A program made the position numbers and the translations under genes. Source: an uncultured Actinomycetota bacterium (GTDB lineage: Bacteria; Actinomycetota; Actinomycetes; Actinomycetales; Microbacteriaceae). From it: 64,000 nucleotides of DNA. The notes under the pieces are model-generated. The model was not told the DNA's origin. It did no database searches and saw only the letters and a program-made list of their open reading frames with translations. The stretch covers positions 1,640,440 to 1,704,439 of the forward strand of contig CAVWNJ010000005.1 in assembly GCA_963756375.1 (NCBI GenBank), written 5' to 3'. Of the stretch, positions 39,767 through 49,150 are shown piece by piece; position 1 is the first letter of the stretch, and each line of letters opens with the position of its first letter.

Positions 39767-40638
39767 TCCGGGACCCCGATCACCAGTTGATCGAGGAACG
39801 CCGTGGCGGCGGGGCTGGTCTCCTCCGCCACGGCGACAGCCACCACCCATGCCGGGGCTGCCGCGAGCGGCACCGATACGAGGGTGTCGGGTCGTTTGGC
39901 GGCGAAACTCGCCGGCACCACGGCAACGCCGAGGTTGTGGCCGACGAGATCGAGCAGCGGATGCACGTCGTTCACCTCGAGGCTGGTGCGGTAGTCGAAC
40001 CCGGCCGCCGCGAAGGCGCGTGCGGTGAGTGAGTGGGCGCCCCAGCCCGCATGGAACCCGATGAGGGACTGCTCGGCGAGCTCCTCGACGGTGACGCCGC
40101 CGGATGTCGCGAACGCGTGATCGGGGTGGCAGAGCACCACCAGGCTCTGCGTGCTGAGGGGCCGAAGCCGCACCCCGGGAACGGTCTCGCCGGTGTCGAC
40201 GACGAGTGCGACATCCGTCCTTCCCCCTGCGACGCTCTCCATCAGGTCACTCGACCCGGCGTAGCGCAACCGTAGTTCCACCCCGGCGTTGACGGCGCGG
40301 AAGCGCGCGAGCTCACCCGGGATGTCGACCGAGCCGAGGCACGGCTCTGCTCCCACGGTGAGCCGACCGCGCACGAGTCCGCGCACGGCGGCCACCGCGT
40401 TCTGTGCCGCGGCAGCGCTGGCCAAGGTGCGCCGTGCCTCCACGAGGAACGCGGTGCCCGCTGCGGTGAGCTCGACCCTGCGGGTGCTCCGCACGAACAG
40501 CGAGGTGCCGAGTTCGATCTCCAGAGCCCGGATGGATGCGGACAGGCCCGACTGGGAGATGCGCAGCAGTTCCGCGGCCCGGGTGAAGTGCCTCTCATCG
40601 GCGACATTCACAAAGTGTTCGAGTTGACGAAGCTCCAT
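39709..40638 (-). CDS. LysR family transcriptional regulator
   Basis: N-terminal LysR HTH (MELRQLEHFVNVADERHFTRAAELLRISQSGLSASIRALE) with a C-terminal substrate-binding domain. The 3' end overlaps the convergent AKR gene by 58 bp. Confidence 0.85.
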   Translation of the reverse strand: MELRQLEHFVNVADERHFTRAAELLRISQSGLSASIRALEIELGTSLFVRSTRRVELTAAGTAFLVEARRTLASAAAAQNAVAAVRGLVRGRLTVGAEPCLGSVDIPGELARFRAVNAGVELRLRYAGSSDLMESVAGGRTDVALVVDTGETVPGVRLRPLSTQSLVVLCHPDHAFATSGGVTVEELAEQSLIGFHAGWGAHSLTARAFAAAGFDYRTSLEVNDVHPLLDLVGHNLGVAVVPASFAAKRPDTLVSVPLAAAPAWVVAVAVAEETSPAATAFLDQLVIGVPDQDASSAAISSAVRVSSTA

Positions 40639-40654
40639 TCAGCGAATCTAGCGC

Positions 40655-41893
40655 CTAATGGACGGCGGCTTCGCTTCCGGCGACCGCTCGGGTGCGCGGC
40701 ATCCGGAGGGAGAACGCGGAGGCGCCGAAGAACAGCAGGGCACCGACCAGGAAGGCGACCGGGTAGCTGACCGTATCGGCGAGGAAGCCCGCGGCGAGCG
40801 GACCGACGATGGCGCCGACATCCGACATCATCGAGAAGAGCGCCACCGGACGCCCGCCCCGGGAACCTGCCACATCGCCGACGCTTGCCGCGGGCGCTGT
40901 GCCCATGAATGCCGCCATCACCCCGTAGAGGCAGAGGAGCGCTGTGAGCACCCAGATGTTCGGCGCGAAGGGGACCGCGATCACGACGACGCCGGCCACC
41001 GCGAAGGCGCCGACCATGGCGGGTCGCCTGCCCACGGTGTCGACGAAGCGAGCGGCGGGCGCCAGCGCGAGGCCCTGCGCCACCGCGGCGAAGGCGAAGG
41101 CGATTCCGGTCCACGCACTCGGTCCGCGCAGCACCTCGACCACGAAGAGCGGAACCAACGCGCCGCGCACGCCGAACGACGTCCAGCCCTGCGCGAAGTT
41201 GGCCACGAGCGCGGCGCGGTAGCGGGTGTCGGCAAGCACGGTGCGGAACGGCACGACCGGCGCCGGTGTTGCGGGCCCCGCGGATGCACGAGCCGCCCGA
41301 CCGTGCAGCATCACGAGCCCAACGAGGCTCGCCACCGTGAGGGTGCCCGCGTAGAAGAAGAACGGGGCGGTGAGCGAGATCGTGGCGAGCAGACCGCCGA
41401 GCGCCGGGCCCGCCATGCCGCCGATGAGGAACCCGCCCTGGTAGAAGCCGATGGCCCGCGCGCGCAGGCTCGATGAGGTGGCTCCGAGCAGCAGGGTCAT
41501 CGCCGAGACGGAGAACATCGCCGAGCCGATTCCTCCGGCCCCGCGCAACAGCAGCAGCTGGGGGTAGTCCTGGGCGATGCCGACGAGCCCGCTCGAGATC
41601 GCCACGATGCCGATGCCCGTGGCCAGCACCGTGCGCTCACCGAAGGCGTCGATCATCCGGCCCACAAACGGACTCGCGACCAGCCGCATGAGCGCGAAGG
41701 CGGCGACCACCGCGCCGACCTCCACGTAGCCGACGCCGAAGCTCTTCGCGTAGACCGGCAGCACCGGCACGACCACACCGAAGCCGACCATCACGAAGAA
41801 CGCGATGACCCCGAGCACGTACACATCGCGTGGGAGACGTTCGCGAGGGGGTCCTCCGCCCTCCGACGCTTTCGTCGACCGGGCGCGTTTCAT
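40655..41893 (-). CDS. MFS transporter
   Basis: 12-TM MFS composition. Start chosen at MKRARSTKAS (ATG 41891-41893) inside ORF 40655..42025. Confidence 0.8.
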   Translation of the reverse strand: MKRARSTKASEGGGPPRERLPRDVYVLGVIAFFVMVGFGVVVPVLPVYAKSFGVGYVEVGAVVAAFALMRLVASPFVGRMIDAFGERTVLATGIGIVAISSGLVGIAQDYPQLLLLRGAGGIGSAMFSVSAMTLLLGATSSSLRARAIGFYQGGFLIGGMAGPALGGLLATISLTAPFFFYAGTLTVASLVGLVMLHGRAARASAGPATPAPVVPFRTVLADTRYRAALVANFAQGWTSFGVRGALVPLFVVEVLRGPSAWTGIAFAFAAVAQGLALAPAARFVDTVGRRPAMVGAFAVAGVVVIAVPFAPNIWVLTALLCLYGVMAAFMGTAPAASVGDVAGSRGGRPVALFSMMSDVGAIVGPLAAGFLADTVSYPVAFLVGALLFFGASAFSLRMPRTRAVAGSEAAVH

Positions 41894-42013
41894 CCCTCCA
41901 GCGTAAGCGGGGTGCGGGATGCTCTGGCCCCACAACTGGGCCAAGACGACGTGAGCATTCCCCCCATAGAGTCCTGAGCATCCGCCGTACGCGGACCCGG
42001 TTTCGCCCAGTCG

Positions 42014-43154
42014 ATGGGCCCACACTCAGGAGCCCTCATGCCGCTCGCCTCACGCTCGTCCCGTCGTCCCTCCACCGCGCACCGCTCGATGTGGACCGGC
42101 ATTGCCGCATCACTGCTCGCAGTCGCCATGACCGCAGGCGGCGCAGCAGGCGCATTCGCAGCGACCAGCGGTAGCGTGTTGGACCAGTCGTTCGAGGAAG
42201 GCACAGACGAGGGGATCGGGGCCACCGACGGGCAGCGCGTCGCTCAACCCTTCACAGCTGGCCGCTCGGGTCTTCTCACCGACGTGGAACTCAACTTCGT
42301 GACCACGATCGATATGCACGGCGACGGATACATCGCTGTGCGGAACACAGACGATGCCGGCAGCCCGGTGGGACCGGCCCTCGCCTCTGTAACCTTTGCG
42401 CAGGACGAGTACTCGGGGTGGACCTCTTTCACCTTCCCGGAGCCCGCGCGTCTCACGGAAGGCACCGGATACGTGCTCGAGGCGAGCGCGGAAGCCGTCC
42501 TCCCGCCGGACTCGAGCGGCGACTCGCGGTATTACAACCAGTATGTGCTGGCCATGGGCGTCACCGACTCGGTCGAGGAGAGCCTCTTCGTGACCCGCGC
42601 AGATGGCACGTTCATCCGGGTGCGCCCTCACGAGCTGCTCTTCCGTACCCACATGCTCGCCGCAGTCGGCTCCCGCCGCACCGGCCGACGTGACCGTCGT
42701 CCCGGGTGATGGCACCGCGACCGTGACGTGGACGGCTCCCGCCAGCAACGGCGGAGCGATCACCTCCTACACGGCCACCGCATCCACCGGCGAGCACTGC
42801 GTCACCGAGACCACCTCCTGCACGATTGAGGGCCTCACCAACGGCACCGAGTACACCTTCACCGTCACCGCCAGCAACGCGTTCGGGATCTCGCCCGCGT
42901 CGGCGCAGAGCGCAGCCGTCGTTCCCGCACCGGAGGCCAGCGCCCCCGTCGACAGCGAGCCCACAGCCGAGGTCGTCGACAGCGAGCCCACCGCCGAGGT
43001 CATTGACACCGTGAGTGAGGTCGCCGCATCCGGCGCGCCCGAGCTCGCCAAGACGGGCGCCGACTCCGCAGGAACAGCCACCCTCGCGGCCCTGCTCCTC
43101 GGCGGAGGCGTCGCGATGCTCCTCGTCGCACGCCGCCGCAAGCAGCTCGCCTGA
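42014..43154 (+). pseudogene. secreted Fn3-domain surface protein with LAxTG (class E sortase) cell-wall sorting signal; frameshifted near 42650-42665 (paralog of 43202-44263)
   Basis: ORFs 42014..42709 and 42603..43154 join into one protein colinear with the downstream paralog. C-terminal ELAKTG followed by a hydrophobic stretch and RRRK. Confidence 0.6.
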
Positions 43155-43201
43155 GCACTCCCCACTCGTTCACCTACCAATCACAGCCCGAGGCAGGATT
43201 C

Positions 43202-44263
43202 ATGTCGCACCAAACCCTCACCATCAGCCGCCCGCTCGCGACCCGCCGACCCCTCTGGACCGGCGTCGCCGCATCCCTCCTCGCGGTCGCCATGACCGCA
43301 GGCGGCGCAGCAGGAGCGTTTGCCGCGACGAGCGGGAGTGAGGTGGACCAGGCGGTCGAGTCGCCCCTCGTGTATGACCACCTCTGGGTGCACCCGGATA
43401 ACGCGTTCGCTCAGACCTTCACGGCCGGTTCCACGGGACTTCTCACGGACCTGGAGGTGTCCATCAGCAACGCGGACCATATGGTCACGGACGGCGTTGT
43501 CGAGATCCAGCGGGTCGACGCGGAAGGCTACCCCACCGGAATGGCCATCGCGTCGACGACGTTCGCGCCCAACCCGCCGAACGGCTGGCTGAGCCTGAGT
43601 TTCGCCGCCCCTGCCTCCGTGATCAGCGGCACGAAGTATGCCTTCGTGGCGACTATCACTCCCAGCGAGGCGGCCCCCTACGAGCACAACTCGTATCTCC
43701 TGGCGAACACCTCGAACGCTTACGGCGGGGGCGACCTCTTCGAGAGCGTGGATGGCCAGCCGTACGGGTCGCTCGACTCCGACCTGCTGTTCCGCACCTA
43801 TGTGGCTCCCCGCTCCGCACCGGATGCCCCCGCCGACGTGACAGCGGTGCCCGGCGATGGCCTCGCTACCGTGTCGTGGACCGCTCCCGCGGACCACGAC
43901 TCGGCCATCACGTCGTACACCGCCATGGCGTCGACCGGGGAAACCTGCATCGTCGACACCACGACCTGCACGATCGATGGCCTGGAGAACGGCACCGCGT
44001 ACACGTTCGCGGTCTATGCCACCAATGCCTTCGGCGATTCGGAGCTGTCGCTGGCGAGCGCGTCCATCATCCCGCTGGCCGATGTGAGCGCCCCGGTCGA
44101 TGTCGTCGTCGCCGACCTCGACACCACGCCCGCGGCATCCGGCGCACCCGAACTCGCGAAGACCGGAGCCGACTCCGCCGGAACCGCAACGCTCGCAGCC
44201 TTGCTTCTCGGCGGAGGGCTCGCGATGCTCCTCGTCGCACGGCGCCGCAGGCTTCAGGCCTAG
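43202..44263 (+). CDS. secreted Fn3-domain surface protein with LAKTG sortase signal (intact paralog)
   Basis: 353 aa with a signal peptide, an Fn3-like segment (VSWTAPADHDSAITSYTA...YTFAVYATNAFG), LAKTG, a TM segment and RRRR. Confidence 0.75.
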   Translation: MSHQTLTISRPLATRRPLWTGVAASLLAVAMTAGGAAGAFAATSGSEVDQAVESPLVYDHLWVHPDNAFAQTFTAGSTGLLTDLEVSISNADHMVTDGVVEIQRVDAEGYPTGMAIASTTFAPNPPNGWLSLSFAAPASVISGTKYAFVATITPSEAAPYEHNSYLLANTSNAYGGGDLFESVDGQPYGSLDSDLLFRTYVAPRSAPDAPADVTAVPGDGLATVSWTAPADHDSAITSYTAMASTGETCIVDTTTCTIDGLENGTAYTFAVYATNAFGDSELSLASASIIPLADVSAPVDVVVADLDTTPAASGAPELAKTGADSAGTATLAALLLGGGLAMLLVARRRRLQA

Positions 44264-44294
44264 CTCGAGCTCGACCCGGGCCGGGTTCGTCGCG

Positions 44295-44660
44295 CTACGG
44301 CGTGACGATCTCGAGCCCGGTCGAGGCGGCCGCGTCGTTCAGGCCGCCGATGTTGGTGGTGTCGCCGAACCCGAGCGCGGTCATCTGAGAGATGGCGTTA
44401 CCGGCGCGGTTGCCCGACTTGCAGTACACGAGGTACGTGCCGTCGGTGGGCAACTGACTCACCTGGGCCTCGAAGTCGGCGGACTGCACGTCGATGTTGA
44501 GTGCATCGACCAAGTGACCCTGCGCGTACTCCCCCGGGGTGCGCACGTCGATGACCACGGTGTCGGGTCCGACGGCAACGGGCTCGGAGGGTGCTGAGCA
44601 CCCGGCCAGGGCAAGTGAGGCGCTAGCGGTGAGGGCAAGAGTGATGAGCAGCTTCTTCAT
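44295..44660 (-). CDS. rhodanese-domain lipoprotein (single-domain sulfurtransferase)
   Basis: 121 aa starting MKKLLITLALTASASLALAGCS (lipobox). Active-site CKSGNRAG loop. Confidence 0.75.
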   Translation of the reverse strand: MKKLLITLALTASASLALAGCSAPSEPVAVGPDTVVIDVRTPGEYAQGHLVDALNIDVQSADFEAQVSQLPTDGTYLVYCKSGNRAGNAISQMTALGFGDTTNIGGLNDAAASTGLEIVTP

Positions 44661-44682
44661 GAGTGACTTTCTTGTGAGGTGA

Positions 44683-45210
44683 TCAGGAACGAGTGTCGGT
44701 GTGGACGATCGGCTCGCGGGCGTCGTCACGGGGCTCGAGTGGCGACTGGTCGGCCGACACCCGGCACGAGTTCTCCCGAGTGACGCGGGCAAACAGCGCC
44801 CAGCCGAGCAGGAGGATGGATGCGGCGGCCAGGTACGGCTGCACCGGTTCGAAGTACTGCAGCGCACCGGTGGTGCCGAGCGCGAGCAGCACGAGTTTGT
44901 TGCAGACCGGGCATCCGACCGCGAAGAACGCGACCATGCCGCCGGCCAGACCCAGTCGGCCGTCGGCCCGCCGTGGCGCGGCACCCTGCGGGTAGGCGAC
45001 ATAGGTTGCGGTGACGAGGCCCGCGAGAATCGCGCTCACGACGAGCACGGGCCATGCCCATGCGGTCGGCGGAATCTCCCTCGAAAAGATGGGATTCTCG
45101 ATCAGGTCGGTGGGGATCGCGATGAACAGCACGGTCGCTGCCGCTGTTAAAAGGGCTGTCCACCATCGGCGCGCGGGCCAGAGCCGGAAGCCGTTGAGGA
45201 ACGCGCTCAT
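44683..45210 (-). CDS. membrane protein with intramembrane CPVC motif (MauE/MerT/VKOR-like thiol-redox or metal-handling membrane protein)
   Basis: 175 aa starting MSAFLNGFRLWP (ATG 45208-45210) with 4-5 TM and GCPVCNKLVLLALG. Confidence 0.55.
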   Translation of the reverse strand: MSAFLNGFRLWPARRWWTALLTAAATVLFIAIPTDLIENPIFSREIPPTAWAWPVLVVSAILAGLVTATYVAYPQGAAPRRADGRLGLAGGMVAFFAVGCPVCNKLVLLALGTTGALQYFEPVQPYLAAASILLLGWALFARVTRENSCRVSADQSPLEPRDDAREPIVHTDTRS

Positions 45211-45557
45211 GACGCGAGCTGCCCGGCGAGCGCGTCGAGCCCGCCCTCGAAATAGTCCGCCCACCCTGCACCGGTTCGGCCGGGCGCGCTCGACTGCGCG
45301 AGCCAGGCGTCGCGGATGCCCGTGATGATGAGTCGCTGCGAAGCGTCGTCGGGGTCTCCGGTGGCGGCCGACCGGGCGGATCGTCGGATCGCTCGCCTGC
45401 CTTCGGCAAGTGCCGCAACCGCACCCTCCCGGTATTTCACGGTGGAGCGTGAGCCGCGATCGCCCGCGGGGGCACACAGCGACTGCCCGCCGGTCGAATC
45501 GACCAGACGGTTCAGCGCATCATTCTCGCGGACGATGAGGGTGTCGAGAAATGGCAT
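45207..45557 (-). CDS. hypothetical protein (116 aa), translationally coupled (ATGA) to the CPVC membrane protein
   Basis: ORF in an operon context. Weak resemblance only (ALNRL) to CsoR-family N-termini, and it lacks the C-H-C metal ligands. Confidence 0.4.
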   Translation of the reverse strand: MPFLDTLIVRENDALNRLVDSTGGQSLCAPAGDRGSRSTVKYREGAVAALAEGRRAIRRSARSAATGDPDDASQRLIITGIRDAWLAQSSAPGRTGAGWADYFEGGLDALAGQLAS

Positions 45558-45575
45558 GAGACTGTCAGCGGCGAA

Positions 45576-45692
45576 TCAGTTGCAGGTGCAGTGCTGGTCG
45601 CGGGGAACGTCGGCCATCACGTCTTCGACGTGGGCTCCGCATCCGGCCCAGGTGATCTTGTTGCACGCGTCACAACGGATGGGACTGCACAT
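45576..45692 (-). CDS. 38-aa Cys/His-rich small protein MCSPIRCDACNKITWAGCGAHVEDVMADVPRDQHCTCN (candidate metallothionein-like or zinc-ribbon peptide)
   Basis: Strong RBS AAGGAG 5-6 nt upstream of the ATG. 6 Cys and 2 His in 38 residues. First gene of the rhodanese operon. Confidence 0.5.
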   Translation of the reverse strand: MCSPIRCDACNKITWAGCGAHVEDVMADVPRDQHCTCN

Positions 45693-45729
45693 TGCTACTC
45701 CTTCGGCAGGGGATGTGAACACTGTCGAG

Positions 45730-45745
45730 TATACCCCCTAGGGTA
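45730..45745. promoter_or_regulatory. CsoR/RicR-type palindromic operator ATACCC-CCTA-GGGTAT about 40 nt upstream of the small Cys-rich gene
   Basis: Perfect 6-bp arms. Resembles the B. subtilis copZA CsoR site ATACCCTACGGGGGTAT and the mycobacterial RicR motif TACCC-N5-GGGTA. Confidence 0.45.
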
Positions 45746-46992
45746 TTTTCCGCAACGCTAGAGGCAACGGGCCGCCTTGGGCAGCGAAACAGAGGAGCGC
45801 GACGGGTCGGCGGCGGGATCCAGAGACCGGGGCTAAGTGGGGACAGAGGTCGGCGACGGGGCACGGGTACGGAAGGCAACGGGCCGCCTCGGGCAGCGGA
45901 CCTGCGCCTTCTCCGTGGGGTACGGGCGCATACCCGATCTCGCCTTGCACGTTGTCGGCGAGGGCGAGGGAATGGTAGTTGATGGTCATGGCACTGAGCC
46001 CGGAGTCGAACGAGGTCGCAGTTTCGTCCCATGAGGCGGAGGTGCTTCCCGGCGGAACCGACCCGCTGTCGATCAGATCCGTGTAGTACTGCAGCGCTTC
46101 GACGCCTTCAGGTGTGTCGAAGGCGAGGGACAGGTCGTCGGCAACGAGGTGACCGTCTCCGCCATTGCTCGCGAGCAATGTCTTGAAATCATCTGTCGCC
46201 AGTCGCCGACACCTGCCATGACGGTGGTGCCGTAGAGATTGTTCTCGGGTTGGGTGAAGAACGCCGCGACCTCCGCGTAGTCGTCCCACGTTTCGGGAAC
46301 CGTGAGCTCACGTCCGTACTCTTTCAGGAACGTGGCTTTTTGGGTCTCGTCGTTGAACAGGTCGGCGCGGTACCCCATGATGGCAACGTTCGCCTGAATC
46401 GGCATTCCGTAGACGTCAAAACCAGCGGAGGTTATGGCGCTCACGTCTGCCGGTTCATCGGTACTGGAAAATTGCTTCAGCGGATCACCGGCGTCGTAGA
46501 CCGCAGTGTCGTACAGCACCTTAGGAACGAAGTCAGAAAGGTCCGGGTCGGATTTTGTGTTCAGCTCGGGATTATTCAGGTATCCGCTGAGTGGTTCCAG
46601 GCTACCGACAAGCGCCGGCGCCCACGGTGTGTCGACCACCACGATGTCGTAGTAATCGCTGGAAGAAGCAAACTCAGAGAACACTTTCTGCTGCAAGGCG
46701 TCATACGGCTGCGTATCGATTGCAAGCTTGATTCCGAACTCGCTTTCGAACTTGGGGACCTGGGCCTGCAGCGCCTGCGCATTAGCTTCGGCCGTCGTGT
46801 AGAGAATGCGCAGGGTGTCAGGCTTACCGGTGGACGGCGCGCTGTCGGCGGCGCAACCGGAAAGGGCGAGAACGCCTACGGTTGCAGCCGCGAATCCCGC
46901 GGTGATGAACAGAGGAGCGCGACCGGGTCGGCGGCGGGACACCGAGGGACCGGGCCCCCGGACCGGCGGTAGCCGCTCGAGCAGATTTCTCA
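45738..46992 (-). pseudogene. ABC transporter sugar-binding protein, frameshifted (near 46205) and apparently 3'-truncated
   Basis: N-terminal ORF 46073..46992 (lipoprotein signal, SBP family 1 motifs) continues in another frame within 45738..46289 (LATDDFKTLLASNGGDGHLV...). The conserved C-terminal about 100 aa is missing. No cognate permeases nearby. Confidence 0.6.
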
Positions 46993-47235
46993 TTGCTTGA
47001 CAGGCGTGCAGCGGGGGCGTGTCCGACGGAACGCGCGGCGGCCGCGTGGACTCGGGCGAGAACGCCGCCGCCAGGACTGGGCACACGCCTTTCGCGCTGG
47101 GTGCTCATCCGACGATCCGTTGTCATGAACACATCTGACAACATTCCCATGGCTTATGTCAATCTTTACGCAAAAGTTCTTCGAAACTCGCGGCGTTAAT
47201 CGCGGCGCCACCGCATGTTGTGTTTGACTGTGGAT

Positions 47236-48423
47236 ATGACCGACGTCCAGCAACGAGCGCCGCGGCACGGCTCAGGGCCGGGCGAGTTGTTGCAAGTTTT
47301 TTTGGACGGCAGTGCACATACAAAGGCCCAGTTAGCACTGATCACGGGCCTCTCGCGATCTACGGTCTCGTCCCGAATTGATCTGCTCGTCAGCAGGGGT
47401 CTGCTCACACCGGCGGGAGAAGCCGCATCGTCAGGCGGGAGGCCTCCCGCCCAAATCGAGTTCAACCGCAGAGGTCGAATCATCATTGCAGCGGACTTGG
47501 GAGTGACCCATGGCGTTGTCGCGCTCGCTGATCTCGGCGGTGAACTTCTGGCGATTCACAGGGAACGTATCCGTATTGCCGACGGTCCCGAAGTAGTACT
47601 CGACTGGCTAGTGGCGTGCGCGCAAAGACTCCTGGCCGAGGGCGAATACGCAGTAGCCTCCGTGGCAGGCATCGGTGTCGGGGTACCCGGGCCTGTGGAG
47701 CACCTGACGGGCCGCCCAACAAACCCGCCTTTGATGCCCGGCTGGGATGGGTTCAGCATTCCCGACTACCTGCGTCGGTCATTCGATCTGCCGGTACTGG
47801 TCGACAATGACGTCAACATACTCGCGCTGGGCGAGCGAGCCATGCTTTGGCCCGGCGTCGCCGACCTCGTCTATATAAAGGTTGCCACCGGGATCGGCGC
47901 AGGGATCGTCAGCGGCGGCGCCCTGCAACGTGGCGCTGAGGGCACCGCGGGCGACCTCGGCCATGTTCAAGTTCCCTACAGCAAGCATTCCCCTCGTGAC
48001 CCCGAAGACGAGCGTGATCTGGAGGCTGTGGCAAGTGGGACCGCCATCGCAAACTGGCTCACCGCGCGCGGAACGACTGCCCGTACCAGCCAAGACGTTG
48101 TTGATCTCGTGCGTGCCGGCAATGACGAGGCCATTCAAGCCACACGCCAGGCGGGGCGGGAGATCGGCGAAGTTCTAGCCACGCTGGTCAACATATTGAA
48201 CCCTTCGATCATTGTCATGGGCGGAAGCATCTCCCGCAGCGGTGAGCACCTGCTCGCCGGAATGAGGGAGATCGTGTACCGTCGGTCTACCCCACTGGCG
48301 ACCCAAAACCTGTCAATCGTCCAGTCGCAATCAGGAGAGACGGGCGGCGTAATGGGAGCCGCCATCATGGTCATCCAGGAAGTCCTATCGGTCGACGCAA
48401 TCGACGCGCTCTGCACGGAGTAG
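47236..48423 (+). CDS. ROK family transcriptional regulator (NagC/XylR-type)
   Basis: N-terminal HTH followed by the ROK sugar-kinase-like domain (IGVGVPGPV, DNDVNILALGE). Alternative start at 47215. Confidence 0.8.
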   Translation: MTDVQQRAPRHGSGPGELLQVFLDGSAHTKAQLALITGLSRSTVSSRIDLLVSRGLLTPAGEAASSGGRPPAQIEFNRRGRIIIAADLGVTHGVVALADLGGELLAIHRERIRIADGPEVVLDWLVACAQRLLAEGEYAVASVAGIGVGVPGPVEHLTGRPTNPPLMPGWDGFSIPDYLRRSFDLPVLVDNDVNILALGERAMLWPGVADLVYIKVATGIGAGIVSGGALQRGAEGTAGDLGHVQVPYSKHSPRDPEDERDLEAVASGTAIANWLTARGTTARTSQDVVDLVRAGNDEAIQATRQAGREIGEVLATLVNILNPSIIVMGGSISRSGEHLLAGMREIVYRRSTPLATQNLSIVQSQSGETGGVMGAAIMVIQEVLSVDAIDALCTE

Positions 48424-49050
48424 TCGACGCTGGCTCGCGACTCGATCAGGTCGACATCCGCTGCGGCCATCGACGGAAGTGAAATGCTCCGCCGTTGTCG
48501 AGAGCGCCTAAGAGTCTTGCGGTGCGTTCCTTGCGCCTTGGTGCTGACGATCGTGGCGCTGACGACGAGAGTCGGCGGCAGCGTCGTCATGCGCCAGTGG
48601 CAGGTGGAAGGCCCGCGACCTTAGGTCATCGGCGTTGGCACAGTCGTCGGAGGCACCGTCACCGTTCACCAGGGCAGCCTCGCAGGCCCTGGGATTGGCC
48701 AGGCAGCACTGACGGCAGCGGCCGCTCCCGCGAACGGCGCCGTGTTCGATCTGCGGCTGAGAAACGCGGCGTCGGGAACCAGAAGTCCTGGAACCGTCTG
48801 GATCGAGTCGACCCTCGGTGGCACAGCTGGCCCGTTCACCGTCGGGTAGCCCGCCCCGACCGACATTGGGCCCGTCGTTGCGCAAGCAGCGGCGGGCCCA
48901 GCGCGCGACCGGAGGTGATCTGGATCGAGCAAATAATTCGTGATGCGCCCGCGATTGTGGCCCCTCTTGCCGAGCGGGAGAGCGCCACAAGGATGATTGT
49001 GGGTTAGCACCCCACCAACGAAAAAACCCCCGGAAACCGAGGGTCAACAG

Positions 49051-49122
49051 CTGGGGTACCTGGACTCGAACCAAGAACAAAAGAATCAGAATCTTCCGTG
49101 TTGCCAATTACACCATACCCCA
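49051..49122 (-). tRNA. tRNA-Gln (anticodon CTG)
   Basis: Minus-strand sequence TGGGGTATGGTGTAATTGGCAACACGGAAGATTCTGATTCTTTTGTTCTTGGTTCGAGTCCAGGTACCCCAG. Acceptor TGGGGTA/TACCCCA, anticodon loop TT-CTG-AT, discriminator G. A stem-loop plus T-run terminator lies at about 49000-49045. Confidence 0.85.
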
Positions 49123-49150
49123 CCGTTCCGGCCGAGACCGGGACGACTGT

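Noticed and set aside
45207-45557. The 116-aa protein as the CsoR/RicR-family repressor acting on the ATACCC-N4-GGGTAT operator
   Set aside because: Only a short ALNRL resemblance is present. The conserved Cys-His-Cys metal-binding triad and the helical-bundle length of CsoR proteins are missing. The cognate regulator is probably encoded elsewhere.
48430-49050. ORFs 48495..49007 (+), 48508..49107 (-) and 48666..49010 (-) as possible integrase or excisionase remnants next to tRNA-Gln
   Set aside because: Translations are Arg-rich low-complexity with no recombinase motifs (no R-H-R-Y tyrosine-recombinase residues or serine-recombinase motif). One ORF runs through the tRNA itself. The region is best left as non-coding, with a terminator after the tRNA.
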